Source: Guillardia theta CCMP2712
Taxonomy: Eukaryota > Protista > Cryptophyta
Assembly: GCF_000315625.1 (NCBI RefSeq)
Contig: NW_005434482.1
Location: forward strand, 1-64,000
DNA: 64,000 nt
Reading direction: 5' to 3'
Positions 13,001 through 25,800 of this stretch are shown here, piece after piece; positions within the stretch are counted from its first letter, which is position 1; each line of letters begins with the position of its first letter. Below the pieces are notes generated by a model. The model made no database searches. It had not been told where the DNA came from and worked only from the letters and a program-made list of their open reading frames with translations. A program made the translations under genes and the position numbers.

Positions 13001-15852
13001 AGCTGGACCCCAGCTGGCCTCTCCCACCTTCACCTCCGGCTTCGTGTCCGCCAGCCCGAACCCCCAGCCCGTCAGCGTCACTTGCTCCCCTCCCGCCACG
13101 GGGCCCTCGGATGGGGAGAGGGAGGAGACGACGGGAGGATCGTACTCGAACGTCACGCTCCCAAACGTCTCCGCCACCGGGGACCCCCTCGACTGGTAGT
13201 AGACCGTCAGCTGGGAGCCGACCCCAGCTGGGGCCGTGCAGGTGACCTTGCTCTCCGAGATCCACCTCGTGACCCTGCAGGGGGCGGATCCTCCTCCGTA
13301 GCGGGCGAGAGACGCGGCAGCGCCTTCCTGCTCAAACTTGTTCCCGAAGAGTGTCAGAGTGAAGCCTCCTCCCGTCGGCGCCCTCGTCCAGGCGAGCGAC
13401 GTGATCATGGGGGAGCTGCCGGAGCCGAACTGGAAGACGGCAGCCTGGGAGGAGGACGAGACCTGCCCGCTCAGCTGGACTGTGACAGGCTGGATGGTGG
13501 GGCCCTCCGTCCAAGGTGGGGTGATGCAGGAGACAGCTGCATCGTCAGTCCACACGGTGGCTCGGCACCTGCTGGGCCCGACGAAGGCGACAGGATGGGC
13601 GTCGGTGAGGCCGAAGTTGAAGCCCTGGAGGAGGACGCGCGTACCTCCCTCCCTCGTCCCCTGCTCGGGGGAGACGGAGGTAATGAGGGGCGCGGCGTAG
13701 GAGAAGCGCATGTCGTCGGGGGAGGAGGCTGAGAACTTCCCGTCGATCACGATCTGCACCCTCTTGCTCCCTCCTGAGCCAGGTGGGGTCGTGCAGAGGA
13801 CGGAAGTCTCCGCTACCCAGCTGGAGTCGATGCAGTCGATGCCTCCCACCTTGACGTCGATGTGCGACGTGCGCGTGCCGAGGTCGGAGCCAGAGATGGT
13901 CAGTACTTGACCTCCCTGCGTCCTCCCGAAGTTGGGCACCACCTTGCTGACTTTCGGCCCGTTGTACTCGAAGTCGTCCTGCGATGAAGAGGAGGAGGAG
14001 GAGGAGGAGGAGGAAGAAGAGGAGGAGGAGGAGGAGGAGGAGGACGGGGCAGCAGACTCCTGGTCCGCCACTCTCACTCGCACTGCTCTGTTCCCTTCCC
14101 CCTGAGGCATCACAATCATCATCTGCTCGTTGTTCACATGCACCACCCGCGCCGGCACGTGCCCGACCAGCACCGACACCTTCGCCTTGTCCGACCCGAA
14201 GTTGTCCCCGTAGATCGTCACCAGCTGCCCCCCCATCGGGTCTCCAGCTGAGGGGAGGACGCGCTTGACAACTGGCGCATCATATGTGAAGATGTCTCCC
14301 TCAGCTGAAGGCGAGCTGCTGACTGAGTTCTTCTGACCGTCCACGTCGACGATGAGGTGCGTAATCCCGACACCCGGGGGCACGAGGCATCGTGCTTTCG
14401 TATTGGAGACCCATTGGGTTTTCTCGCACTCCACCCCCCCCATGTAGAGCTTGATCAAGTTCGGCGACGTCCCGTAGTTGTCCCCCAGGGCCGCCACGAA
14501 GTATCCTCCGGCAGCTGGGCCATGGTTGGGCTCGACCCTGTCAATGCTGGGCCGATCGTAGTCAAACGTGGACTTACACCCCGCGTAGGGGGACTTGGAC
14601 TTGGCGGGGGTTCTGGGGCAAGGGGAGCTCTTGATCGCTGACACAACGGCCTCTACCTCCTTCCCAGCTCCCACCCCAGCTGGAGTGATGCAGAAGAGGC
14701 AGGACTCGGAGATCCAGCGCTGAGAGGAGCAGGGGATCTGCCCGATGCTCACTTGCAGCTTCTTCCCGTCCTCCTCGTTCCCGAAGTTCGCCCCCAGCAC
14801 GGTCAAGTGCGTCCCTCCCACCGTCGCCCCGTGCTCGGGCTGCAAGGCTGTGATGATCGGGCCGTCGTAGCTGAAGAGAGCTCGGGGAGTCGGCTGGCTG
14901 GGCTGCCCCAGGATGTCCACAGTGACCTGGAGGGGAAGAGCGCGTCAGCAGTCTGCGGCAACTTGACAGGAACTTGTCAAAGTACTGACCTGCTTCTCGG
15001 GTCCGACACCCTTGGGAAGGACACAGGTGACTTGCTCGTTGCTCTTCCAGGCGGAGCTCCGGCACTGCTTCCCTCCTACCTTGATCTGCGGCTTGCTGTC
15101 GATGGTCCCGAAGTTCAGCCCCTCGATGGTCATCGTGTACCCGCCTGTGCTGGGCCCGTGGTCGGGGACAAGCTTGGAGACGACCGGAGCGTCAAACTCG
15201 AAGATGGTGCCGAAGTTCTCCGGGCTGGACTCGTCGAGGACAAAGACGCGGACGTCTCCGATGCCGATGCCGGGAGGAGAGACGCACTGGAGCTTCGTGT
15301 TGGAGAGCCAGACGACATTCTGGCAGGGCCTCCCTCCTATCGTCACCGACGGGTTGTTGTTCGTAGCGCCGAAGTTGGTCCCAACGATAGTCACCATCGT
15401 CCCACCTGAAGCAGAGCCGTGCCCTGGTTCTATCGCTATGACTGAGGGAGGGTCGTAGTTGAAGTAAGTGGACGGGTTCGCCGAGCTGCTCACTCCTCCC
15501 ACCTCCACCGTCACGAGCTTGTGCCCTCCCACTCCCTCCGGAGCCTCACACAGCACCGAAGTCGCAGACACCCACACTACCTGCTGGCAGGGAGACCCTC
15601 CCACGCTCACCGAGGGCTGCACGTTTGTGTTCCCCGACCCGAAGTTCATCCCCCAATCGTGATGATGTTTCCTCCAGCCGTTGGGCCGTTCGCTGGGCTC
15701 ACGTCCTCAATCACTGGAGCCACTGGCATCCCGCTCCTCCTCCTCCTCCCCACGGTCCCTCCTCCTTCCCCAGGACCGTACGTCTGTTGTGAAGCGACAT
15801 GGATGGCGAAGAGGAGGAGCAGGTGCTGACGGAGATGGTTCAGTTTCAGCAT
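10030..15852 (-). CDS. Cell-surface protein with at least 13 tandem IPT/TIG domains
   Basis: Signal-peptide-like start (MLKLNHLRQHLLLLFAIHVASQQ). Repeats of P-x-[IV]-x-x-[VI]-x-P-x-x-G-x-x-x-GG-x-x-[VL]T[IV]xGxNFG...C...W-x-S-x-x-x-[IL]xC-x-x-P-x-G-x-G in ORFs 14945..15649 and 11663..14920. Small 3' exons continue across the N-gap (VRRGFFARTINRVWGMFFQSQ at 10435-10495). Apparent frameshift at about 15650. Confidence 0.9.
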
Positions 15853-16582
15853 GTTTCTTGAGCGAGCAGGGTCTGGTTCAGTCTTCGCCAATGTCTACAT
15901 GCTGTCCCAACTCTGATTCAGAAACGCAATAGGTTGCAATCTAAATCACCTTGTGTGATGACTCAGCATTGCTGCGTTTCATTCACTCTGACATGGAACT
16001 TTGTCTTCGTTGACAGAAGCCTGTCATCCTGGGGACAAACAACGTTATACTCATGGTATCATCAACACTCTTCTCTCGTTCAATACAGAAATGATCTCAA
16101 TACTCTCGTCAAGGCTCAATTTTGTGCATTGCAGGGCAAGAAAATTGTCCTCAACTTATCAAATTTCTCGAGAAGACAAGCAGCAAATGCTCATAGGCTG
16201 ACATCGCTCCTGATTTCTGATAAAAGCCCTTCGGTCTAACCCTTGATGTTATAGCCCTTCCCCTCCGTTCCTCTAGCCTGGTACATGCTTACGCCCCACG
16301 CTCTCCTTGCTGTTCCTTTCCCTCCTATCGCTCATCCGCATCTCCCTTTGGTTTGTCTGGAAACCAATGCACCCCCTCTCTGCCACATATCTCCTTTTCG
16401 CGTCTTCTCCATACTTCACACCGCAATCCTTCTACAGTTCAGCATCACCTCCCCACTATTTCTCCCTTGCTGCCCAGTTAGGTCATTTACTTTCACCCTT
16501 TTCTTCAGCTCTCCTTCCTCCACTGCCTCTTCTGTGAATATCTTCTCCTTCCATTCTTGACGCTTCTTTTCTTCCTCCTTCC

Positions 16583-16686
16583 CCCTGCCTCCTGCCTCCT
16601 GCCTCCTGCCTCCTGCCTCCTGCCTCCTGCCTCCTGCCTCCTGCCTCCTGCCTCCTGCCTCCTGCCTCCTGCCTCCTGCCTCCTGT
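16583..16686. repeat. (CCTGCCT)n heptamer array, about 14 units
   Basis: Directly visible; source of the GGRRQEA/LLPPASC ORFs. Confidence 0.95.
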
Positions 16687-16914
16687 ACCTCCCTGTACAT
16701 CTCTCCCGCCTTCTGCCTTCTGCTTCTGCTTCTGCTCTCCCCATATAATTTTCCTCTCCCCATCTCCTTCTCCTCTCCCCGTCTCCTTCTCCCGCCTCCT
16801 TGCTCGCCATTCCGTTGTTTCCCTGCTACTCTCCGGCATAGGACACGCACGCTGACTCACAGTAACCGTTTGTAACGTAATGACCCGAATTCAGTTTTTC
16901 TCAGTGCATATGCC

Positions 16915-16965
16915 AACAGCCGGTCGGAATCCCGCCCCGGCCGGGCCCCGGCCGGGCCCCGGCTT
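16915..16965. promoter_or_regulatory. CCGG-rich GC island with GTAC-rich flank
   Basis: ccccggccgggccccggccgggccccgg, TGACTCA at 16853, many GTAC sites at 17005-17160, then a GGGGT/ACCCC zone at 17290-18230. Confidence 0.5.
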
Positions 16966-18546
16966 TGACACTACTCACTCAGGTCACTGGATGCTGACTC
17001 TCCTTAAGTACCGTGACTGGTACAACTGCCGTCAAGAATCGAACAGTACTGATCAAACTGTACGGCAACTTTTACAGTGCCTACTACAGTATTAGTCTAG
17101 CTGTACCCATCCATTTTTAAAAGAGTTTAAATATTTATTAATCCATTCAGATAGTACCAGAAAGATTCCGATCAACAGCGAGAACTACCAACACTACCGG
17201 AAACAATATATTTCTTTGTACCTATCTGGGGTTGAATTTTAAAGTTGGAGTGATCTCCCGACACATATAGATTTAAGATTATGTTGCAAAAAGAGGGGTG
17301 GGTCCTACCCATTTCCCGAGAAACACCCCCTTGCACTAGAACAAGTTGCCGTACCAATCACCACCTCACATTTACATTCCAGGGGTGGTCGAGAAGAAGG
17401 TCATCGACCACCGGTCCTGAGTTGCAACGGCGGGATCTTCTTCTCACATAATGGGTGGGGTACTCATTCCGATCCTTGAAAATTTGGAAATCGGGGTAAA
17501 ACATGGTAATCTTTGTGGGTGGGTCATAACCCGAGGGGTAGGGGTTCTTGTAAACTTTTTGTTCATCAATGAGATGGGGTGATCCATTATTGAGGAGGCT
17601 GACACCACCCCCTTGTTCTCACCAGTCATTTGGACCCACCACAGAGGGCTACCACCCCCCTCACTGTCTTGTCGCGCCCCCTATCGGATCACCATTGGCA
17701 AACTTACCACCCTACCTACCTCTGACCTCTTTGTCACTTCGGACCCATCCCTTTGCCCCTACAGACCCCATTGAGACCGGACCCCTATCACCCTCTGGAT
17801 CTGTAAATGGTGGGTCAGGGGAGAAGCGGAATATAAAACACTTTTTAACAATCACGACAACAACAACCCCCGTGACCAACCCTACCCATAAACAATTGAA
17901 ACACCCACCCATGCACAAGCTTGGGATCTTGGTCATTTGGACCCGTGTGGAGACAGCAATTTGGACTCTACTACCCATGAAATCTCATCCTACCCCACCC
18001 ACCCCTTCAGTGCAGAGTTGCCTTTTGGAAAGGCCTCCGAATGTACGGATTTGGGGGATGGAGGGGTCAGTCATCGATGTGTGGGTAGTGTGTCATAGGG
18101 GTGGGTACCATACAGACAAACATGAGGGTGATAGCATATGGATTGGTGGGTGGTATTCCTCTTTGTTATGAATGGAGGGTACGGAACGACTCGGGACATT
18201 TAGGGTGGTATGGGGTGGGTGGTACTACAGTGACACTTAAAATAGTTTTAGTCTACAAGTTGGTCCCAGGATTCAGCGTTTTGGAAATGGAGGAGAGGAG
18301 ATGGTCGTTGAAAGGACAGGAGTGTGCAGCACTTTTTCGATTGTGCTGAGCAGACAGGCCAGTGAAATTGGATGTTAGGGAATGGCAGATGAAACCCAGC
18401 AAGAAACTTGGAAGAAGTATGCATTATGACAAAGATGCCCTCAGTCTAAACCACAATAGTTCGAGTGTATTGCTGATAATTTTGTTGATCAACTGTAAGC
18501 ACGCTCGAAGCTAACGCCGGTGTTTTCCAGATATCCGATCATTGCC

Positions 18547-19200
18547 ATGGCATCCAATCACATACAAGTCGGAGCCAGTGACTCAGCAGATTCTCGCGAT
18601 GCAGACCTTCTAAACAAACTCTCCAACGAAACCCATCGGGACTTCTCAGCAAGATTGTCGAGATCTCGAATCCTCGGCATGGACTTGGACCCTGCCAAGA
18701 AACGCGCCATGATCATGTCAAACTTGAAACAGAGTGAGGTCCTCCGCTCAGATTGGAAACAAACAAGATGTCACCATGACCCTTGCGGTCACGTTCAGAA
18801 CAGGAAACGAGCTCTCCTGGAAAGGCGCAGGGCCATGCTTGGGGACATTCCTCCAAAAGCAGAATCTAGTGAGACTTCGACGGATTCTGAACAACGAAGC
18901 AACCACGGGCATGATAGCGATCGAAAAGGCTCGCTGATAGACGGACTACATGAAGTTTCGGACTTCTTGTGCAAGCTGACTGGTCTTGAGGCCAAATCCG
19001 AGATGATTCAGACTATGTCGCTGACTTTGGGTGGGTTGTTTGTACTCCGTTGTTATCCACTTGTGACTGACATGAATTCGGTTTTATCAGACCACGAATT
19101 TCGAGAGGCAACCAAGGGCTTCAAGCGTCCAAACATCGGATATGTGCAGGCTGTTGGCAAGAGTCAGGCTAACTTGAAGCAGCCCAGATGGCTGGGCTAG
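18547..19200 (+). CDS. Hypothetical protein (may have upstream exons)
   Basis: Non-repetitive ORF of about 220 aa with protein-like composition. No motif recognised. Confidence 0.55.
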   Translation: MASNHIQVGASDSADSRDADLLNKLSNETHRDFSARLSRSRILGMDLDPAKKRAMIMSNLKQSEVLRSDWKQTRCHHDPCGHVQNRKRALLERRRAMLGDIPPKAESSETSTDSEQRSNHGHDSDRKGSLIDGLHEVSDFLCKLTGLEAKSEMIQTMSLTLGGLFVLRCYPLVTDMNSVLSDHEFREATKGFKRPNIGYVQAVGKSQANLKQPRWLG

Positions 19201-19430
19201 CAGATCAATTGGATCTGCACATGTCATTTTATGTAAGTTTGAAGATGCTGAAGATATTAAATCGTGGTTGTGATCACCTGACAGACACAGGAGTGGGAGT
19301 GAGTTGGAGGGAGCGGAAGGGAGGAGTAAGGAGGAAGAAGGGGTGGGATGATGGAGGAAGAAGGGGAGGGAGGACGAGGTGGTGGTGGAGGAGGGAAGGT
19401 TAGGAGGAAAAGGTTGAGTGCGAGGAGAAA

Positions 19431-19490
19431 GTTGAGTTTGAGTTTGAGTTTGAGTTTGAGTTTGAGTTTGAGTTTGAGTTTGAGTTTGAG
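19431..19490. repeat. (GAGTTT)n hexamer, about 10 units
   Basis: Directly visible. Confidence 0.9.
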
Positions 19491-19897
19491 GAGAAAGTTG
19501 TGTTTATGTTTGAGAGGAGGAGGAGGAGGAGGAGGAGGAGGAGGAGGAGGCGGGGTAAGCGGAGGAGGAGGAGGAGGCGGAGGAGCTTGAGGAGGAGGAG
19601 GAGGGGGAGGAGGAGCGAGTACAGCATATTATCGTGTCATGGCCAGGTATCATCTCGATGACTCGCCGTTTGTCGTGTTGGGAGCTCGGCTAAATGGGTG
19701 GGGTAGTGGGTGGGGTTGTCGTTATACCGGTCCTCCAGATTCACAGCAACAAGTATGAAAGTTTCTTGCCAGATTTAAAATTCTTGCAACAACTATTATT
19801 TCATATTATTTCTTTGGAATCGGGTTGGTGGTACTCTTTTCATCGAGGGGGTAGTACCAAAACGGGGGTGGTTGAGCAGGGATTCGGGAAGAGCTCC

Positions 19898-20320
19898 ATG
19901 GCGAAGCGAACGAGACTCGGCGGGGAGACAAGTAAGCAGAAGACAATGCTGACGATGACAAGATGAACTTCGGAGGAAGAAGAGAACTTGTTCGAAGAGA
20001 GCTACCGTGTTGATCATGGCGGAAGAGAAGCTAGTGTACTAGAAGACTGCATCATTGCGTTCTACATCCTATGGATAAGGCGCAACAGTAGCTTGCATGA
20101 GGTTAGGAGGGTCGGAAGTTCCGGAAAGATGATGCAATCCAAGCACACGATAATAGATGATGAGACAGATGCAGTAGGAGCAGGAGTCAGCCATCGGGGG
20201 TTGAAGGATATGCAAACATACTGGGTCGTTGCTGTAGAATGTTCGAGGGCAGAAGGGGAGGTGTGAGATTGTTGTAGATCCGTTCAGCAAGGAACAGGTC
20301 AAGCATTCTAAGATTGAGTG
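19898..20320 (+). CDS. Small hypothetical multi-exon protein
   Basis: ATG at 19898 (MAKRTRLGGET) followed by a GTAAGC donor, ORF 19988..20266, and a GGGGT-rich zone upstream. Confidence 0.35.
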
Positions 20321-20349
20321 AGGCATGCGCATGGACACGAGAAGACAGA

Positions 20350-22700
20350 ATGCGAACTTGTCATCCTCTTACTAAATCCTACGACACTCCCTCACCAGTG
20401 AAACAGATCCCCCCACCAGCGCAACGAGGGAGGAAGATTCTAGCGGGTTATCCGTGTCCGACAGACTGCTGCCAGCGAATGGGAAGGAGGAGGAAGGGGA
20501 GGTTGTGGAAGAAACGTTCGAGATGGAGGTGGAGCGGGAGAGGTCCAAGACTACTCGATTGGGATGGAGCAAGATTTTGACCGTCACCATGATCTGCTTG
20601 TTGACAGCTTGCCTGTTTGCGGATCAGAACTTGATGGCGCCCAATCTCACAGCGATATCACAAGAGTTCTCCTTCACACCTCAGGTACATGTGTTGAAAG
20701 TGCTCTACAACCTTACAGGTTGTTCAGCAACGGGACGAAAAACTCGGCGGGGAGGTTGCGTTTGCGTTCTTCCTGGCTGGCGCTCCCATCGCCCTGTGGA
20801 TAGGATGGCTAGCAGACAAGATGCCAAGGAAGTGGTTGTTCTGTGGAGTAGTGATCCTAGGGGAGGGACCGTGAGTTCTTGTCCGTTAGTTTCATGGCTG
20901 ACTTAGAGGCTGCCAGGGCGCTGGCTACCTTGTGGGTGAAGTCATACCACGAGCTCCTCTTCCTGCGGGCCCTGACAGGCATCGCTGTCGGGGGGGCTCT
21001 ACCTCTGATATTCTCTATGTTGGGTGATATGTTCGAGAACGAGAGGAGGAACGTCGTGTCTGCCATAGTCTCCCTCTCCCAGGGGTTCGGCATCAGCATC
21101 GGGCAGTTCATTAGCGGGGTGGTCGGGCCCCAGCATGGCTGGAGGCTTCCTTTTGCCATCGTCGCTGTGCCCTCCATAGTCTTCACCTGCCTCGCAGCTC
21201 TGTGCATGACTGAGCCTCAACGTGGAAGGTTTGTGACTATCCTCCTCCTCCTTCTCCTCCTCCTTCTCCTTCTCCTCCTCCTCCTCCTCCTTCTCCTCCT
21301 CCTTCTTCCTCCTCCCCTCCTCCTCCTCCTTCTTCCTCCTCCCTCGAAANNNNNNNNNNNNNNNNNNNNNNNNNNNNNNNNNNNNNNNNNNNNNNNNNNN
21401 NNNNNNNNNNNNNNNNNNNNNNNNNNNNNNNNNNNNNNNNNNNNNNNNNNNNNNNNNNNNNNNNNNNNNNNNNNNNNNNNNNNNNNNNNNNNNNNNNNNN
21501 NNNNNNNNNNNNNNNNNNNNNNNNNNNNNNNNNNNNNNNNNNNNNNNNNNNNNNNNNNNNNNNNNNNNNNNNNNNNNNNNNNNNNNNNNNNNNNNNNNNN
21601 NNNNNNNNNNNNNNNNNNNNNNNNNNNNNNAGCAGCACTGTACTCCGTCCCTTCCTCCTTCATCCGTCCTCGTGTCCCTCGCTCAATCCTTCGCTCGCTC
21701 GCTCGCTCGCTCTTTCCTCGCTGCCTTCTTCCCTTTGCCGGCCAGTCTGTCTATCTGCCTGCCTGCCGTGCTGACCAGCTCCCGCAGGCTATTCTGACGG
21801 CCTACAACGTCGGGGGCATGTGCGGCTTCTTGGTGAGGGAAAGAGGGAGGGGTAGGAGGAAGAGCGAGGGGGGAGGAAGAAGGGAAGGGAGAGGAGGAAA
21901 AGGAGGGAGTGACGAAGGTGATTCAGATCGGGGGGCTAGTAGGGCAGATCGTCTACAATCGCAACTCAACTTACGTCGGCGTGCTGATGGCGAGCACGAC
22001 GAGTTTAGGGATCTTTCCTCTCATGTACCTGCTCAACCTCCCAGAAGACCCTCCTGCCGTCCCCGTCCTCTGCGTCATCGCATTCTTCGGGGGAGTCATC
22101 GCATGCGTGACGGGTGAGCATGAGGGAGCTGGTGGTGGTGGTGGTGGTGGTGGTGGCGGTGGTGGTGCTGCTGCTGGTGTTGAGAGGTTGAGCAGGGGCG
22201 AACATACGAGCCGTCCTCCTCAACGTGAACGCGCCGGAGACGAGAGGGTCAGCGTTTGCCGTCTACACGCTCATGGATGACCTGGGGAAAGGCTTCGGCC
22301 CTGCCGCGATCTCGGTATGTCCCGAGCTGATGATAGATGAAGACTGACTGCTGACCGCTCTCCTCTCTCCTCCTCTTCGTGTGTGCCCTCCTACTTTGTC
22401 CTCCTCCTCTCCTCCGCTGTCTTCTCGTCGCTCCGTCTTCTCGCCCTGCTGATTCTCCTGACCCTCGTGTCTTCTTGTGATACTCTCTGCTCCTGCTCCT
22501 GCTCTTCCTCGTCTTCCTATCAGGGCTTGATCGCGCTCAGCGGCGGGAGGCAAGCAGCCTTCAACGGAGCTGTGCTGGTCGGCTGGAGCTCCTGCGCCTT
22601 GCTGCTGCTGTGCATCTGCTTGACATTGCGCAAGGACGAGCAGAAGCTGCAGCAGCAGATCAAGTTGGGGCAGGGGGCGACGAGATGCTGCTTTGTGTAG
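20350..22700 (+). CDS. MFS transporter, spinster-like; multi-exon, interrupted by an N-gap
   Basis: LFADQNLMAPNL; GWLADKMPRK (MFS motif A-like); LRALTGIAVGG; GWRLPF; NVNAPETRGSAFAVYTLMDDLGKGFGP; many TM helices. Start uncertain. Confidence 0.9.
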
Positions 22701-23030
22701 AGAGATGCGACAGGTAGTGTAGGAGTAGGATGAAGGGGCCGGTGATAACGAGGATTACAGACTTGATGCCTTTGACATATTGGAGGAGAGAGGAGAGGAA
22801 GGGGGAGAAGTTGGTAGAGGAGGCGAGTAGCATTGAGAGGAAACGAGTTGAGGGTGAAACAAGGAGGAAACGGAAGCGGAAGAGGAGGGGAGAGGGAGAG
22901 GAGGAGCAAGAGGAGAAGAAGGGAGAAGGAGGAGAGGCTCGTCTGAGGGAAAGGAGGAGGAGGAGGAGGAGGAGGAAGAGGAGGAAGAGGAGGAGGAGGA
23001 GGTGGTGGTGGTGGAGGAGGAGGCATTTAG

Positions 23031-25086
23031 TTAAGATGTGTATTTGCTGATTTGGGAGACATGCCGGCGAACTATTGAAGTATTCGTCCTTGTCAAGCTT
23101 GTCAAGCTCGACCGTTGAAGTTCGCGGCGCCGTGCTCGCCTACATCCTGGCCGATCTGCCGTTAACATTATCGCCCTCCTCCTACTGTCCTTGGCCCTTG
23201 CTGGGGAGCAGGAGGAGGGAGCATGGCGAGGCTGCGCTAGTCTTGCTTCCTCCTGCTCTGACTGTCGAGGAACTTGAGGGTGGCGTACCAGACGCTGGCC
23301 ATGAGGCCGAGGAGACAACCTGAGGCAGGTGAGGGGCGAGCGAGAGAGGAGGAGGGAAAGTTGCCTGAGATGTGGACGATGCTGTGACGGAATTGAGAGA
23401 AAGCAAGGATGGCGGATGGATTATGAGAGGGAGAGGGGGCGAGGCAGGAGGAAGCGAAGAGGAAGGAGGAAGGAGGGAGGAGGGAGGAGGGAGGAGGGAG
23501 GAAGAGGAAAGAGGGAGGAGGGAGGAAGAGAGAGGATAGAGGGAGGGAGGAGGAAGGGAGAGGAAAGAGCGAGGAGGGAGGAGGGAGGAGGAAGGGAGGA
23601 GGGAGGAAGAGAGAGGAGGGAGGAAGAGGAAGGAGGGAGAGGGTCAGGCAAGGGCAACAGACGTTAGACGGCAGACCTGTACTCTGCTGGAGGCATGAAG
23701 ATAAAACCCCCTAGCGAGCTCACCACATTCTTCGCTTGCCCTGTGTCAAGGAATATGAGCACGGAGGAGGACCAGGAGGAGGAGGAGAAGAAGGAGGGGA
23801 AGGAGGAGGAGGAGGATGTCTGAGCGAGAAACAGCAGCAGCAGCAGGGCGAGTAGTAGTAGCAGTCGTAGTTGGAGGATGAAATGCAGAAACAGTAGCAG
23901 AAGGACGAGGTGAACGAGGAGGAGGAGCAGTAGTAGCAGTCGAATCAGGTAGATGAGAGGCAGGACGAGAAGGAGGGAGGGAGGGAGGGAGGGAGGGAGG
24001 GAGGGAGGGAGGGAGGGAGGGAGGAAGTCTTACCAGTGACGCAGGTAGTTAAAGGAGAGTTGACAGAGGCGGATAGGAAAACAAGATAGTTCAAGAGGCC
24101 AGAGAGGATCTGATGCGAAACTTGAGCAAGGAGGGAGGAAGGAGAGAAGCGATAGGAGGGAGTGAGAGGATGGGAGAGAGAAGGAGGGACAGAAAGGAAG
24201 AAGAGGAGACGAGGGAGTGAGAGCACGTACTGAAGATCCGAAGAGCGAGGCGAGGAAGCCACTGTCTGTAAGGAGAGGAAAGGAGGAGACCCTATGAAAC
24301 TGAAGAGGCGACTGTAAGGGCAGGAGCTTGAAGGAAGAATGAAGGATGATGAGGGAACGCACGCGAAAACGAGAAGGAGGGGAGCAAGGATGGACGTATG
24401 GATGGAGGAGGTTGAGGTTGAGGTTATGATTGAGGTTGAGGAGAAAGAGGAGGAAGATAAAGAGGAGAAAGATAAAGAGGAAGGGGAGGAGGAGGAGGAG
24501 GAGTAGGAGTAGGAGGACTTTCGGTACCTCACTGGACAGAAGAACGAAGAGGGCGACGGGTAGGAGGCACCACATGTTGGTATACATGAGCACGCCCATC
24601 TCCGACATCCCTGGCCGCCCCCAAGCTCATCAGCGCCCCAGCTCTCCCTCCAGCTCCCTCCCCACCTGTCTTCTTCTTTACTTGAGTCACGGCCCGCAGG
24701 TACAGCGCGGAAGAGAGGCAGTTGCAGGCGACGTGCACATACCCGCTGCAGCCGGACTTTAGCTGGACTCTACCCAAGGGCCCCACCGCTCTCCTCTGAC
24801 CCACCGCAAACTTCCCTCGAAGTCTCCCAGCCCGGCAAGGATTGCGCCTGCCAATAGGCTCAGCTGGGCCCCCGCTGGAGCCGCTCGCTGCCCCTCACCC
24901 AGCAGCATGAGGACTATGGAGAGCCAGATGCTCATTGGCGCCAACTTGTCTCGAGAGCGTCAGTAGGAGGTCGAGGGCATCGAGCATGACCTTGCTGTCG
25001 CTGAACCAATCCAGAAACTGCGGAGGCAGCTGGTCAGACTCTTCCTGCTCTTCCTGATCCCAACAACCCTCCCCCCCCCCCCACCA

Positions 25087-25151
<65 letters not shown>

Positions 25152-25800
25152 NNNNNNNNNNNNNNNNNNNNNNNNNNNNNNNNNNNNNNNNNNNNNNNNN
25201 NNNNNNNNNNNNNNNNNNNNNNNNNNNNNNNNNNNNNNNNNNNNNNNNNNNNNNNNNNNNNNNNNNNNNNNNNNNNNNNNNNNNNNNNNNNNNNNNNNNN
25301 NNNNNNNNNNNNNNNNNNNNNNNNNNNNNNNNNNNNNNNNNNNNNNNNNNNNNNNNNNNNNNNNNNNNNNNNNNNNNNNNNNNNNNNNNNNNNNNNNNNN
25401 NNNNNNNNNNNNNNNNNNNNNNNNNNNNNNNNNNNNNNNNNNNNNNNNNNNNNNNNNNNNNNNNNNNNNNNNNNNNNNNNNNNNNNNNNNNNNNNNNNNN
25501 NNNNNNNNNNNNNNNNNNNNNNNNNNNNNNNNNNNNNNNNNNNNNNNNNNNNNNNNNNNNNNNNNNNNNNNNNNNNNNNNNNNNNNNNNNNNNNNNNNNN
25601 NNNNNNNNNNNNNNNNNNNNNNNNNNNNNNNNNNNNNNNNNNNNNNNNNNNNNNNNNNNNNNNNNNNNNTGCCTTGGAGGGAGGAACGGCAGGAGGAGAA
25701 TCTTGAAGGGGAGAGGGGGAGGGGGAGGGAGGGCAGGAGTAGGGGGAGCTGCCGGGCCCTTGCAAGCGATTGGGATCAGATGTAGGAAATGAGACGAATC
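23031..25800 (-). CDS. Nucleotide-sugar transporter, SLC35D-like (DMT superfamily); multi-exon, N-gap
   Basis: Exons give IWLSIVLMLLG|AILAGLGDFEGS|GYVHVACNCLSSALYL|MSEMGVLMYTNM|LLNYLVFLSASVNSPLTTCVT|GQAKNVVSSLGGFIF, which matches the SLC35D pattern NSPLTTxVxGxxKN. Both ends uncertain. Confidence 0.8.

Noticed and set aside
12308-15458. Long plus-strand ORFs opposite the IPT/TIG gene
   Set aside because: Antisense shadows of a GC-rich coding sequence.
15880-16850. Possible small multi-exon minus-strand gene upstream of the IPT/TIG gene
   Set aside because: Exon-like fragments exist, but I could not build a consistent reading frame, so it is left uncalled.
19431-19490. Telomere-like (TTTGAG)n array
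   Set aside because: The unit is neither TTAGGG nor TTTAGGG; the array is short and embedded among other microsatellites.
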